From contig OZ244789.1 in the NCBI GenBank assembly GCA_965219705.1, positions 2,339,429 through 2,403,428 on the forward strand: 64,000 bases of DNA, in the 5' to 3' direction. Position 1 is the stretch's first letter. Each line of letters begins with the position of its first letter. The notes under the pieces are model-generated. The model made no database searches. It saw nothing but the letters and a program-made list of their open reading frames with translations, and was not told the DNA's origin. Of this stretch, positions 46,201 through 55,765 are shown one piece after another. A program made the position numbers and the translations under genes. This DNA is from Chloroflexota bacterium (lineage in GTDB: Bacteria > Chloroflexota > UBA11872).

Positions 46201-47439
46201 ATGACGACGGCGCTATGGATCGGCGCGGCGCTTTCGCTATTGGCCTTGGGCGCGTGGCTCGTGCTCCTGCTCGCGCGCGGCGGATTCTGGCGCACGGACC
46301 TTCGCCTCCCTGCGCTCGATTCCGCAAACCCGCCCCTTGAGTGGCCAGCGCTCGCGATCGTCGTTCCGGCGCGCAATGAAAGCGAAGTGCTCCCCGACAC
46401 TCTGCCGGCGTTGCTGGCGCAGGACTATCCCGGTCCGCTGGCCGTCTATCTGGTTGATGACGAGAGCGACGACGCCACTGCGGACGTGGCCCGCGCGGTT
46501 GCCGACCGAGTCGGCGCCGCCAAACGTTTGACGGTCATTCGCAACGGCCCGCGGCCACCCGGATGGATGGGCAAGACCTGGGCCCTTCACAACGGCGTGA
46601 GGGCGGCGCTGGCCAGTGATCCGTCGCTGCTTCTCCTCACCGACGCCGACATTCGCCACCCTGCGGACTCCGCCAGAAATCTGGCGGCGGTCGCCATGCA
46701 CCACGACCTCGACCTGGTGTCGCAGATGGCCATGCTCCGGGTTGGCTCGCGCTGGGACCGGCTCCTCATTCCGGCCTTTGTCATGTTCTTCGGCATGGTT
46801 TATCCCTTCCGCTGGTCCAACGACTCGCGGAACAGCACCGCGGCGGCGGCGGGGGGCTGCCTGCTTGTACGCGCAACAGCTCTTGTGCGCGGCGGGGGAA
46901 TTGAGGCCATCGCCGGAGCCGTGATCGATGACTGTGCCCTGGCCCGTCGCATCAAGGACCACGGACGGCCTGAGGGCGGCCGCACCTGGCTGGGACTCTC
47001 GCACGAGGTTCGGAGCGTGCGCCGCTACCGAGGGCTCAGCGACATCTGGTCGATGGTGACTCGCTCGGCGTATGCCCAGCTCGACTTCTCCGTCTGGCGC
47101 CTTGCCGGCACGGTGATCGGGCTTGCGCTGGTCTTCGTGGGGCCGCCTGTCGCCGCTGTCCTGGGCGCGTTCGCGCTCGCGGCTGGTGCGGCCGCCGCGC
47201 CGGCGGGCTTGCTCCTAGCGGCGGGCTTGGCCGCGTGGGCGCTCATGGCCGCATCGCAAGTTCCGATGTTGCACTGGTATCGCACCCCAGCCGCCCTGGC
47301 CCTCGCGCTTCCGATCAGCGCAGCCCTCTATACGCTCATGACCATCGATTCCGCGCGCCTTCACTGGTCGGGAATGGGTGGACGCTGGCGCGGGCGCCGC
47401 GTCGGCGGCGCTAGAATCCAGGGCCCTGCGCCGGAATAG
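46201..47439 (+). CDS. family 2 glycosyltransferase, HpnB-like membrane-anchored type
   Basis: N-terminal TM, then LAIVVPARNESEVLPDTLPALLAQDYPG...LVDDESDD...PGWMGKTWAL...LLLTDADIRH...AAAAGGCLLVR...VIDDCALARRIK. The ATG at 46201 lies downstream of the REP element. No other hopanoid genes are nearby. Confidence 0.65.
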   Translation: MTTALWIGAALSLLALGAWLVLLLARGGFWRTDLRLPALDSANPPLEWPALAIVVPARNESEVLPDTLPALLAQDYPGPLAVYLVDDESDDATADVARAVADRVGAAKRLTVIRNGPRPPGWMGKTWALHNGVRAALASDPSLLLLTDADIRHPADSARNLAAVAMHHDLDLVSQMAMLRVGSRWDRLLIPAFVMFFGMVYPFRWSNDSRNSTAAAAGGCLLVRATALVRGGGIEAIAGAVIDDCALARRIKDHGRPEGGRTWLGLSHEVRSVRRYRGLSDIWSMVTRSAYAQLDFSVWRLAGTVIGLALVFVGPPVAAVLGAFALAAGAAAAPAGLLLAAGLAAWALMAASQVPMLHWYRTPAALALALPISAALYTLMTIDSARLHWSGMGGRWRGRRVGGARIQGPAPE

Positions 47440-47474
47440 GCCGCATCGTCAAGCTCGGATACAGCACCTGGGGC

Positions 47475-48275
47475 ATGCAGGATGTCCCCATCGAGGTCGC
47501 AGTGCCCCGCCTTGCGCGCATGGGCTATACCGGCCTCGAGCTCACCGTGCTGCCCGGATATACCACGGCGCTGGAGCTGCTGGACGACGCCGCCCGCAAG
47601 CGGATCCCCGTCTTGCTGCGCGAGCACGGCCTGACGCTCACGGCGATCGCGGCGCACTCGCGCCTTTTGGACCCGCCGGAGTACATGGCCAGCATCACGC
47701 GGCTGCGCGAGGCCGTGCATCTGGCCGTCGCCCTCAACCCCGACGGCCCGCCGCCCATCAATACGCTTCCCGGTGGCGCCCCGGACGAATGGGACGCCGT
47801 GCGGCATCGGGTAGTTGACGAGTACGCACGGCTCGGGGACTACGCGGCGCCCCACGGCGTGTCGCTGGCGATCGAGCCGCACGTGGGCGCGGCCCTCAGC
47901 AGGCCGGATCAGGCGCTCTGGCTCATCGAGCAGATCGCACTGCCCAATGTGGGGCTCAATCTCGATTACAGCCACTTTCAGGCCATTGGCATGAGCGTGG
48001 CCGAGGCCGTGCCGCCGCTGGCGCCGCACGCGTTGCACACGCATATCAAGGGCGTCAGGGGGCGTTGGCCCGACCACGTCTTCGTCACGCCTGGCGAAGA
48101 TGACTTCGACCACGCCACGTATCTCCGCGCGATGCACGACGCCGGATATCGCGGCTACGAAACCGTCGAGATCTCGAAAATGGTCGTCGGCCGTGCCGGA
48201 TACGAGCCTTTCGCACATGCGCAGCTTGCCTATGACACGCTTTCGGACGCGGCGCGGCGGGCAGGCATCGCCTAA
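47475..48275 (+). CDS. sugar phosphate isomerase/epimerase (xylose isomerase-like TIM barrel)
   Basis: LARMGYTGLELTV...LTLTAIAAH...VSLAIEPHVG...LNLDYSHF...HTHIKG is typical. The conserved N-terminal strand VKLGYSTWG lies upstream of the first canonical start (see findings). Confidence 0.8.
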   Translation: MQDVPIEVAVPRLARMGYTGLELTVLPGYTTALELLDDAARKRIPVLLREHGLTLTAIAAHSRLLDPPEYMASITRLREAVHLAVALNPDGPPPINTLPGGAPDEWDAVRHRVVDEYARLGDYAAPHGVSLAIEPHVGAALSRPDQALWLIEQIALPNVGLNLDYSHFQAIGMSVAEAVPPLAPHALHTHIKGVRGRWPDHVFVTPGEDDFDHATYLRAMHDAGYRGYETVEISKMVVGRAGYEPFAHAQLAYDTLSDAARRAGIA

Positions 48276-48371
48276 CCGTTCTGAAGGCTTGCCAGGTCAT
48301 CTCGAGGGCCATGGCCCTCGAGCAGGAAGGATCGGCATGGCCTCGTCGCGGGTGAACCAGAGGGCTTCGCG

Positions 48372-48989
48372 GTGAATGTTGGCCGCATTGCCGCTGTTGC
48401 AACGCTGGTGCTCATGGCGGCGGCGGTGATCGTCCTGACCCTGCTCACCACGTCCCCAGGGGAAGCTTTGCCTGCGAGTCCGCCGCAAGTCACGCCCCAG
48501 GCGCCTCCCGCGGCCGAGACGCCGGCGGCAGCCGATGTCACGGCGACTCCCGTCAAGCCTCTTGCGGGAATCGAGCGCAGTCCCATCGGGATGGGCGTGT
48601 CATTTGCGCTGGGGCTGTATTTGATCGACGCGGGCGGTCTCCTCGGCACGCTGGAGCCGGCCGTGACGTATCTGGACTACCTCTCCGGCCGCGCCGCGCG
48701 TGGTGACGTGAGTGCGCTGCGGCTCATTGCCGCGGCTGGAGCCACCGGCGATGTGTTCGGCGAGGCCAACACGACCTTCATGGAGTTCCGGCTGCCGCGG
48801 CGCGGGGCGTTCTATAACCGCTGGCTGCGCGAGTTGCTGGCTGAAGGCCGCGATGCCCAGGCCGCGCTCATCGAGCGCCAGTTGACCTCCGGCTTCGCGG
48901 AAGCGCCAACCGGCAATACCCATACCGAGCTGGCCGCCAAGTACCAGTCGGCCGCGAGTATCTGGAACGACCTGGCGCAGCGGCCGTAG
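48372..48989 (+). CDS. hypothetical protein with an N-terminal membrane anchor
   Basis: GTG start, hydrophobic IAAVATLVLMAAAVIVLTLL, a Pro/Ala linker, and a soluble domain I do not recognise. Confidence 0.45.
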   Translation: MNVGRIAAVATLVLMAAAVIVLTLLTTSPGEALPASPPQVTPQAPPAAETPAAADVTATPVKPLAGIERSPIGMGVSFALGLYLIDAGGLLGTLEPAVTYLDYLSGRAARGDVSALRLIAAAGATGDVFGEANTTFMEFRLPRRGAFYNRWLRELLAEGRDAQAALIERQLTSGFAEAPTGNTHTELAAKYQSAASIWNDLAQRP

Positions 48990-49057
48990 CCGCTCGCTCG
49001 CGCGGACGGCCGGTCCGTGGTTTCATACCGCGAGGTTCCAGCAAGCGAGACCCCGAT

Positions 49058-50041
49058 ATGAAGCGAGCGGCAAAGCCGGAAGGCAAGTACAACGTCGTCA
49101 TCGAGGAAGTGCCCATCCCCGAGCCCGGACCGGGGCAAGTGCGCATCAAGTCGGTCATCAGCCTCATCAGCCGGGGCTCGGAGATCGGCGCTCGCTACAC
49201 GCGCGAGCACGCGGTCGATCCGGAATCCATGGGATATTCGCTCGCTGGCGTCGTGGACAAGGTTGGCGCCGAGGTCACCCACTTGCGGCCCGGCGATCGC
49301 GTCGTGTCACTGGCGCCTCACGCCGAGTACGTCGTCCGAGACGCGATGTACACCACGCCCGACTCGCAGAATCAGGTCTACCCCATCGCCGACGGCGTGA
49401 GCTTCGAGCAGGCCACCTATTGGCCGCTTCTGGCCGGGGGCGTCACCTGGGTGGACATCGAGGAGTTGCAGCGCGACGACCTCGTCGTGGTCGTCGGCCA
49501 GGGTCTCGTCGGCAGCCTGATCATGCAGGTGCAGAAGATCAACGGTCGCGGCACGATCGTTGCCGTCGACACGTTGGATCTGCGCTGCGAGATGGCTGCC
49601 AAGCTGGGCGCCGACATCGTGATCAATGCGGCCAAGGAGGACGCGGTGGCGGCGGTGCAGCGCCTGTCGAACGGCGTGGGCGCCGACACCGTCGTGTACG
49701 CGGTGGGCGGCTCGGCGGGGCCGCGGGCGTTCGGCCCAGCGCTGGACATGGTCGCCCGCGGCGGCACGCTGCATCTGGTCGGGCTCTACGAGGACCAGCC
49801 GTTGCCGTTGACCTCGGGCGCGGCGCAGCGCCGCCGCATCATCGGCGGCTACTACCAGCGCGGTCCCGACGCGGCGTCGGCGCGGCGCGGCATGGACCTC
49901 TTGGCGTCCGGGCAAGTCGCTCCGGAGCGCATGACCACCCACCGCTACCCGTTCGAGCAGGCCGCCGACGCGTTCGATCTCCTCTTCAACCGGATCGGCG
50001 AGACGTTGGGCGTCGTGCTGGAGTTCGACTTCAAGGGCTAG
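49058..50041 (+). CDS. zinc-type alcohol dehydrogenase-like (MDR) oxidoreductase
   Basis: GQVRIKSVISLISRGSE...VVVVGQGLVGSLIMQVQK (Rossmann fold) with overall MDR layout. Confidence 0.75.
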   Translation: MKRAAKPEGKYNVVIEEVPIPEPGPGQVRIKSVISLISRGSEIGARYTREHAVDPESMGYSLAGVVDKVGAEVTHLRPGDRVVSLAPHAEYVVRDAMYTTPDSQNQVYPIADGVSFEQATYWPLLAGGVTWVDIEELQRDDLVVVVGQGLVGSLIMQVQKINGRGTIVAVDTLDLRCEMAAKLGADIVINAAKEDAVAAVQRLSNGVGADTVVYAVGGSAGPRAFGPALDMVARGGTLHLVGLYEDQPLPLTSGAAQRRRIIGGYYQRGPDAASARRGMDLLASGQVAPERMTTHRYPFEQAADAFDLLFNRIGETLGVVLEFDFKG

Positions 50042-50160
50042 TTCCGGCGCGGGCCGAGGGTGGATCGATGCGCGCGCGCCTGGCTGTCTCCTCGCACACA
50101 TAGGAAGCCCCTGCGTACCTCCTGGCCAATCCAGTGCAAGGAGGCTTCGCGTAAACCTTC

Positions 50161-50188
50161 GTCATTCCCGCGAAAGCGGGAATCCAGG
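50161..50188 (+). repeat. intact REP-like hairpin GTCATTCCCGCGAAAGCGGGAATCCAGG
   Basis: The 8-bp stem ATTCCCGC/GCGGGAAT has a GAAA loop. It belongs to the same family as 12983.., 13073-13100 and 46123-46150, and it is intergenic. Confidence 0.75.
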
Positions 50189-50268
50189 CCCCACCGAACC
50201 AGGGCATGCAAACGTCTGCGTAGACTGGTGCAACAGACGGCTGTAAGCCCGGTGTATGGAGGCCGGAC

Positions 50269-50769
50269 ATGCTGCTGCTCGCACGCTCCAAGTCCTTGTC
50301 ACCCGACCTATGGCGCGCCGTCGCCGTGGGGCTTGCCGTCGCCGTCTTGTTCTTCGTCGTCGTGGGGCTCGTGACGGGCGCCATCGACACGCCGATCCTC
50401 GAGCGACAGACGCAGTTGCTGGCGATCGACTACCCGATCTGGGTTGTCAACGCGGCCCTTCTTGGCGTGCTCTCGGGGCTCAGCGTGTATGCGCGGTCGC
50501 GCCGCATCACCCAGGGCGGCACGGCCATCTTCAGCGGCGGCTTCCTGGCGGCCTTCGCCGTGTCCTGTCCGCTGTGCAACGGCCTGCTGGTCGCCGCGTT
50601 TGGCGCCGCCGGCGTGCTCAACGTCATCGAGCCGGCGCGACCGTTTATCAACGCGGCCACCATGCCGATCCTCACCGTGCTGCTCGTCAGACGCTGGCGT
50701 ACCTTTCGCGCCGACTGCGAATCCTGCGAAGTGGCGCCGATAGCGATGACGGAGCCGCCTCGGACCTAG
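50269..50769 (+). CDS. hypothetical 4-TM membrane protein with an intramembrane CPLC motif and a C-terminal CxxC
   Basis: Four hydrophobic segments. AFAVSCPLCNGLLVAAFG lies within TM3, and the tail carries FRADCESCEV. Confidence 0.5.
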   Translation: MLLLARSKSLSPDLWRAVAVGLAVAVLFFVVVGLVTGAIDTPILERQTQLLAIDYPIWVVNAALLGVLSGLSVYARSRRITQGGTAIFSGGFLAAFAVSCPLCNGLLVAAFGAAGVLNVIEPARPFINAATMPILTVLLVRRWRTFRADCESCEVAPIAMTEPPRT

Positions 50770-50971
50770 CGCCCGCCCCCGCGTCGCGCGTCAGCACCTG
50801 TCCGGTGGCCCGGGCTAGTCCGGTGGCCCAGGCTGCGCGCAGCCTGGGAGACCTAACCGATCCCGCTCCCACGCTGCACGCAGCGCGGGCCACCGGATGT
50901 CGGCCACCGAATTCCTGCCTTGTAGGGGCGCCCCTCGTGGGCGCCCGCAGGCGCGAATTAGCGCGCCTCGG

Positions 50972-52123
50972 TCAATACTCGTCCGGCCAGTGGCAGAACG
51001 CGTCGCCGCGCGGAAAGAGCGCCGCAAGCCACGACACGTCCTGGGGCGCAATGCTCACGCCCTCGGCGGCGGCGACCTCGTCGGCGGACCAGAAGCCAAA
51101 GAGGAGCTGCGCCAGGCGTTCATGGGGCAGTGAGACCGTGCATTCCTCCCCGCGCGACTGGAGCTTCACGGTCGTCGTACCGAGGTCCGTCATGACACGC
51201 AGCCTGGCTGGAGCCTCGCGCCCATACGCCGTGGCGCGCGCGCGCAGCGCCGGCTCCACGGCCCCCAGCACCGCGTCTTGGTCGAGGATCCGCAGCATAT
51301 AGCCCGAGTCGCAGCTGCGGATGGCTTCGAGCTTGGTTTCCATCCGGCGCACATAGGCCCCCAGCCCGAACTCGGGGTGCAGGTGGAAGGTGATGGCCTC
51401 CGCCTGCCGTTTGACGGCCTCAGCGGCCGCGTGCGCCACCAGGGACGAAGCAACCGCCGGGTCCCGAATGCCGCCGTCGATCACTGCTGCCGCAGCGGGA
51501 TCGTCGATCATCGCCACGTAGCCCGCGGGCCGGCCGTCTACGTCATCGGCGATCCACAAGCCCGTCGTGCCGAGTATGGTCGAGCCCTGGCGCAGGCCGA
51601 TCCAGCTCACGGGATCGCGGATGACCGATCCATCCAGACGCGCGTTGACCGCGTTGTGCATCCGGGCCACATCCGGCAAGTCGCTTTCGCGCGCCCGCCG
51701 CAGCCGATTTGCGCCCGTTTCTCGCGCCGCGACGCGCGTTGCGACCTCCATCGCAAATCGGCATCCAATGGTCGCGTAGCCGAATTGGCCGTAGAACCCT
51801 GGGATGCCGAACAGAGCCGCGGCCGAATACCCCGCCTCGATCAGAATGTCGTGGGTGTGCGCCATGAGCGCGCTGGCGTAGCCGCGTCGCCGGTGTGGCG
51901 CCGGCGTGAAGACGTTCGCGATGCCCGCCGTGTGGAGCTGCGCCCCGGCAAGACGGACCGGGGCCGCCATTATTTCCAGTGCGCACACCCGCTTGCCGTC
52001 GCGCTCGGCCCAGATGTCGGTGCGCCCCGGCTTCGGCGACGGCGCCTGGTGAAAGCGCAGGCCGCTCACGGTCGGCGCTACCCGCTGAGCTTGGCCCGCG
52101 CGCGCGCCAGGCGGACCAGGCAC
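50972..52123 (-). CDS. GNAT N-acetyltransferase, Eis-like (two GNAT lobes plus an SCP2-like tail)
   Basis: APHRRRGYASALMAHTHDILIEAGYSAAALFGIPGFYGQFGYA is a GNAT/Eis signature. An alternative GTG at 52069 avoids overlap with gltX. Confidence 0.7.
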   Translation of the reverse strand: MPGPPGARAGQAQRVAPTVSGLRFHQAPSPKPGRTDIWAERDGKRVCALEIMAAPVRLAGAQLHTAGIANVFTPAPHRRRGYASALMAHTHDILIEAGYSAAALFGIPGFYGQFGYATIGCRFAMEVATRVAARETGANRLRRARESDLPDVARMHNAVNARLDGSVIRDPVSWIGLRQGSTILGTTGLWIADDVDGRPAGYVAMIDDPAAAAVIDGGIRDPAVASSLVAHAAAEAVKRQAEAITFHLHPEFGLGAYVRRMETKLEAIRSCDSGYMLRILDQDAVLGAVEPALRARATAYGREAPARLRVMTDLGTTTVKLQSRGEECTVSLPHERLAQLLFGFWSADEVAAAEGVSIAPQDVSWLAALFPRGDAFCHWPDEY

Positions 52124-53535
52124 CGCTCGCGACCGAGCACCGCCATGGTTTCGAACAGCGGCGGCGTGGCGCGCCGCCCGGTCACCGCGATCCGAATTGG
52201 CATGAACAGATCGCCCGTTTTCCAGTCCAGCCGCTCCGCCAGTCCCCGCAGCATGCCCTCGATCGCCCCAACGGAGAAGTCCGGCAGCTCGCGCGCCAAC
52301 CCCTCGACGGTCGTCAACGCCGCGCCAGTTTCGGCCCGGTCGTGGCGCTTGAAGCGCATCAACTCCACGTCGGGATCGAGGTCATCGTCGAAGAAGAACC
52401 CCATCATGTCCGGCACGTCGCTGAGGTGGCCGATCCGCTCCTGCTCGAGCGCCAGGGCCTGCTGAAAATATTCCCGTTGCGTATCGTCCACCGGCAGGCC
52501 GCCGTCCCGCGCAAACGGCAACGCCCGCTCCGCCAGCGTGTCCATGTCGAACCGCCGCAGCCACACGCCGTTGAAGTGGTCGAGCCGCTGCACGTCATAG
52601 ACCGCGTCGGCTCGGTTGACGCGCGCCAGACTGAACTCCGCGACCAGCTCGTGCAGGCTGAACAGTTCGCGCTCGTCGCCCGGCGACCAACCGAGAAACA
52701 CCATGAAGTTCACCACGGCTTCCGGGAGATAGCCCTGGGCCCGATACTCACCCAGCCACTGCGAGCCGTCCCGCTTCGAGAGCTTCTGGCGCCGCATGTT
52801 GAGCAGCAGCGGCAGGTGCGCGAACCGCGGCGGCTCCCATCCCAGCGCCCGGTACAGCAGGACCTGGCGAAATGTGTTCGAGGTGTGGTCGGCCCCCCGC
52901 ACGACGTGGGTGATCGCCATCGAGCGGTCGTCGGCCACGACGGCCATGTTGTAGAGGGCCGAGCCATCGCCGCGCGCGATCACGAAATCCTCGATCTCCG
53001 CGGCATCGGTCGCGAGCGGCCCGAACACGCCGTCATCGAAACCCACGGCGCCCGACCCGGACCCAAAGCGAACGGCCGGCACCACGCCCGCCGCCTGCCG
53101 CTCGGCGATCTGCGCGGTGGTCAGCGAGCGCCCGCTTCCGCTATAGCGCGGCGTCTGGCCGCCGGCGATCTGGGCTTTGCGTTCGGCCGCGCGCTCCTCG
53201 GCCGTCGTGTAGTCGTAGTACGCCGCGCCCGACGCCAGCAGCGCCTCGATGGCCTCGCGGTGCACCTCGTGCCGCTCGCTTTGTCGGTAGGGACCGTAAG
53301 GGCCGCCGACGTCCGGGCCTTCATCCCAGTCCAGGGACAGCCAGCGCAGCCCGTCATAGATGCCGGCCTCCTTCTGCGGATCGCTGCGCTCGCGGTCCGT
53401 GTCCTCGACTCGCAGGATGAACGTTCCGCCCGACTGCCGGGCCATCAGGTAATTCATCAGCGCCGTCCGCGCATTGCCGATGTGGATGTCGCCCGTAGGG
53501 CTCGGCGCCATCCGCACGCGCATGCCAGCCGTCAT
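52078..53535 (-). CDS. gltX: glutamate--tRNA ligase
   Basis: RVRMAPSPTGDIHIGNARTALMNYLMARQSGGTFILRVEDTDRERS (HIGH-type) and KLSKRDG (KMSKS-type). Confidence 0.95.
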   Translation of the reverse strand: MTAGMRVRMAPSPTGDIHIGNARTALMNYLMARQSGGTFILRVEDTDRERSDPQKEAGIYDGLRWLSLDWDEGPDVGGPYGPYRQSERHEVHREAIEALLASGAAYYDYTTAEERAAERKAQIAGGQTPRYSGSGRSLTTAQIAERQAAGVVPAVRFGSGSGAVGFDDGVFGPLATDAAEIEDFVIARGDGSALYNMAVVADDRSMAITHVVRGADHTSNTFRQVLLYRALGWEPPRFAHLPLLLNMRRQKLSKRDGSQWLGEYRAQGYLPEAVVNFMVFLGWSPGDERELFSLHELVAEFSLARVNRADAVYDVQRLDHFNGVWLRRFDMDTLAERALPFARDGGLPVDDTQREYFQQALALEQERIGHLSDVPDMMGFFFDDDLDPDVELMRFKRHDRAETGAALTTVEGLARELPDFSVGAIEGMLRGLAERLDWKTGDLFMPIRIAVTGRRATPPLFETMAVLGRERCLVRLARARAKLSG

Positions 53536-53741
53536 CGTGGGTTCGATTCTCGAATTGGGAGAAGGGGGATTAGGGCGTCAGGGTACTAAGTGCCTGGCGC
53601 CGCAGAAAGACGCCCGCTCAGGATTGGCTGAAGCGAGTTTTTTACGTGTTCGGGGTTTACTTTCGACTCCGAAATACAATGATGTCGTCGTGGTTGTCGG
53701 GTGCGCGATGGCTGATCAGGTGGCGCGGACCGGCATTGCGC

Positions 53742-54287
53742 CTATAGCGGCAGCCGCCCCTGCGCGGCGGCGAACAAGACGGTGTAGTTCATCGAGACGA
53801 CGCGCTCGCGGCCTGCCAGGACCGCCTCGCGGAGTTCCTGGATGGGCACTCGCTCGACTTCGAGCAGCTCGTTGGCGTCGAGATGCTGGTGCCCCGGCGT
53901 CAGGGTGTGTCCGATATACATGTGCATGGCGAAGTCGGCGAGCGAAGGGATCGGGGTATAGCTCCCCAGATGTTCCAGATGGCCGATGCGCAGGCCGGTT
54001 TCCTCTTCAAATTCGCGGTGCGCGGCCACGGTCGGGTCCTCGCCTCGATCGATGTGTCCCGCCGGAAGCTCTCGCACCACATCGCGCAGCGGATGGCGGT
54101 ATTGGCGGATGCAAATGGCTCGGTCGGCGTCATCCAGGGCCAGGACGACGACCGCGCCGGAGCCTATGCCCAGGTAGGTATAGGTCATCTCGCGCGCGTC
54201 GTGTCTGGCGCGAATCTCGTCCTCCAGGACTGGAAAGCGCCCCTGCCACACCACCCGAGACTTGATCGTGTCCCACTCGAGATTCAC
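53742..54287 (-). CDS. NUDIX hydrolase (ADP-ribose pyrophosphatase-like)
   Basis: NUDIX box PAGHIDRGEDPTVAAHREFEEETGL. GTG at 54287 overlaps the upstream HAD gene stop (GTGA). Confidence 0.85.
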   Translation of the reverse strand: MNLEWDTIKSRVVWQGRFPVLEDEIRARHDAREMTYTYLGIGSGAVVVLALDDADRAICIRQYRHPLRDVVRELPAGHIDRGEDPTVAAHREFEEETGLRIGHLEHLGSYTPIPSLADFAMHMYIGHTLTPGHQHLDANELLEVERVPIQELREAVLAGRERVVSMNYTVLFAAAQGRLPL

Positions 54288-55018
54288 GAATCCTCGCTTC
54301 TGCGCGCTGCCGCTATCACGGCATCCGCGGCGGCGCCAATGGTGTCCACCGTGGGGCAATCCTGTGGAGGACCGCCGTCCCAGTTGATCCAGATGGCATC
54401 GAGGCCGGCTCCCCACGCCCCCTGCACGTCGGCATAGAAGCTGTCGCCAATATGCACGGTCTCGTCGCGCGTTGCTCCGGCGATCTCCAGCGCTCGTTCA
54501 AAGAATGCCGCATCCGGCTTCTCCAACCCCACGAGCCCTGACACGGCCAGCGCATCGAAGCATTTGCGCAGCCCGAGGTGGTCGAGCAGATCCAGCAGCC
54601 AGGGCTCCCAGTTGGAGGCCGCCACGATTTTCAGCCCGGCGGCTCGAAGTCGCATCAGCGCCTCGCGGGCGCCTTCAATGGCAGCGTACGACTCGAGAGT
54701 CGTGAAATCGGCCGACAGCCGCCGTGCCATCAACTCGGGGTCCTCGACGCGCAGTCGGCGACCCATGGCGGCGTACATGTTTTGCCAGAACGCCCTCGAT
54801 CGATCGGCGTCGGCGCTGGCGCCGCGTGTGGCCGGATCCCTGATGGCGCGGTCGTACTCTTCGTCGGCGATGCGGTGGACCTCGCCCAATGCCGCCCGCG
54901 CCCCAAGCCTTGCGGCTTGTGCCGCGATCGTTGAGGTGTATCCCGGGTGGTAGTGAACGAGGGTCTCTCCCACGTCGCAGAACACGACGCGGTAGGGACC
55001 GCGCAGAGGCCGTTTCAT
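54284..55018 (-). CDS. HAD-superfamily hydrolase
   Basis: Motif I VVFCDVGETL, motif II ASNW, and motif III/IV HIGDSFYADVQGA. Confidence 0.8.
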   Translation of the reverse strand: MKRPLRGPYRVVFCDVGETLVHYHPGYTSTIAAQAARLGARAALGEVHRIADEEYDRAIRDPATRGASADADRSRAFWQNMYAAMGRRLRVEDPELMARRLSADFTTLESYAAIEGAREALMRLRAAGLKIVAASNWEPWLLDLLDHLGLRKCFDALAVSGLVGLEKPDAAFFERALEIAGATRDETVHIGDSFYADVQGAWGAGLDAIWINWDGGPPQDCPTVDTIGAAADAVIAAARRSEDS

Positions 55019-55083
55019 TCCCCTATGCTAGCCGCGTTCGCTCAGCGGCGGGTGCTATGTTCGGCCCTGGGCAGACCCGTTAC

Positions 55084-55154
55084 TGGGGTATCGTCTAGTG
55101 GTAGGACGCGCGGCTCTGGACCGTGAAGCGGTGGTTCGAATCCATCTACCCCAG
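55084..55154 (+). tRNA. tRNA-Gln (anticodon CTG)
   Basis: Hand-folded cloverleaf. Acceptor stem TGGGGTA/TACCCCA plus discriminator G. D stem GTCT/GGAC. Anticodon stem CGCGG/CCGTG with loop CTCTGGA. T arm GGTGG-TTCGAAT-CCATC. The 5' UGGGGUAUCG and 3' UACCCCAG ends resemble bacterial tRNA-Gln. CCA is not encoded. Confidence 0.9.
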
Positions 55155-55174
55155 CCGCGAAGTTGCCGGGTTGC

Positions 55175-55753
55175 ATGAACCTGCCGACGCTGCGTCCGTC
55201 TGACGCCCTGCTGATCGTCGACGTGCAGCAGGACTTCTGTCCCGGCGGCGCGTTGGCCGTGCCGGACGGCGATGCAGTGGTGCCGATTCTCAATGCTTGG
55301 ATCGAGGCCGCCCAAGACGCAGGCACGGCCATCTTCGCCTCGCGCGACTGGCACCCGCCCGATCACGTCAGCTTCCACCCGCAAGGTGGCCCATGGCCTT
55401 CTCACTGTGTGGCCGAGACGCCCGGCGCGGCCTTCCACACCGATCTTGCCCTTCCTGAATCGGCGACTGTCATCGACAAGGGAACGCATCCGGAGCCCGA
55501 GGCCTACTCCGTGTTCGAGGGCACTGACCTCGCGGCACAGCTCCACGCAGCCGATATCGATCGGCTGTGGGTCGGTGGGCTTGCCCTGGACTACTGCGTT
55601 CGCGCCAGCGTGCTGGACGCTAGGCGGATCGCCGGCCTCGACGTCCACGTCATCCTCAGCGCCACTCGTGCCGTCGACGTGCAGCCCGGCGATGGGCCCC
55701 GCGCGCTTAAAGAGATGCGCTCGGCGGGCGCCGTGACCGAAGCCGAGAGCTAG
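55175..55753 (+). CDS. pncA: nicotinamidase/pyrazinamidase (isochorismatase family)
   Basis: ALLIVDVQQDFCPGGALAV...ASRDWHPPDHVSF...WPSHCV...VGGLALDYCV, followed by pncB. Confidence 0.9.
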   Translation: MNLPTLRPSDALLIVDVQQDFCPGGALAVPDGDAVVPILNAWIEAAQDAGTAIFASRDWHPPDHVSFHPQGGPWPSHCVAETPGAAFHTDLALPESATVIDKGTHPEPEAYSVFEGTDLAAQLHAADIDRLWVGGLALDYCVRASVLDARRIAGLDVHVILSATRAVDVQPGDGPRALKEMRSAGAVTEAES

Positions 55754-55765
55754 CTGCGGCGCCCG

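Noticed and set aside
53536-53556. GTGGGTTCGATTCTCGAA resembles a tRNA T-arm (GGTTCGATTC).
   Set aside because: No acceptor, D or anticodon arms can be built around it, the T-stem pairing is poor, and it abuts the gltX start codon. It is a chance match.
53590-53741. The AT-richer gltX-NUDIX intergenic region with a T run (GCGAGTTTTTTACG) was considered as an intrinsic terminator, sRNA or T-box leader.
   Set aside because: There is no convincing GC stem before the T run. The T-box-like GGTGGCGCGG is on the wrong strand relative to gltX. I have insufficient evidence.
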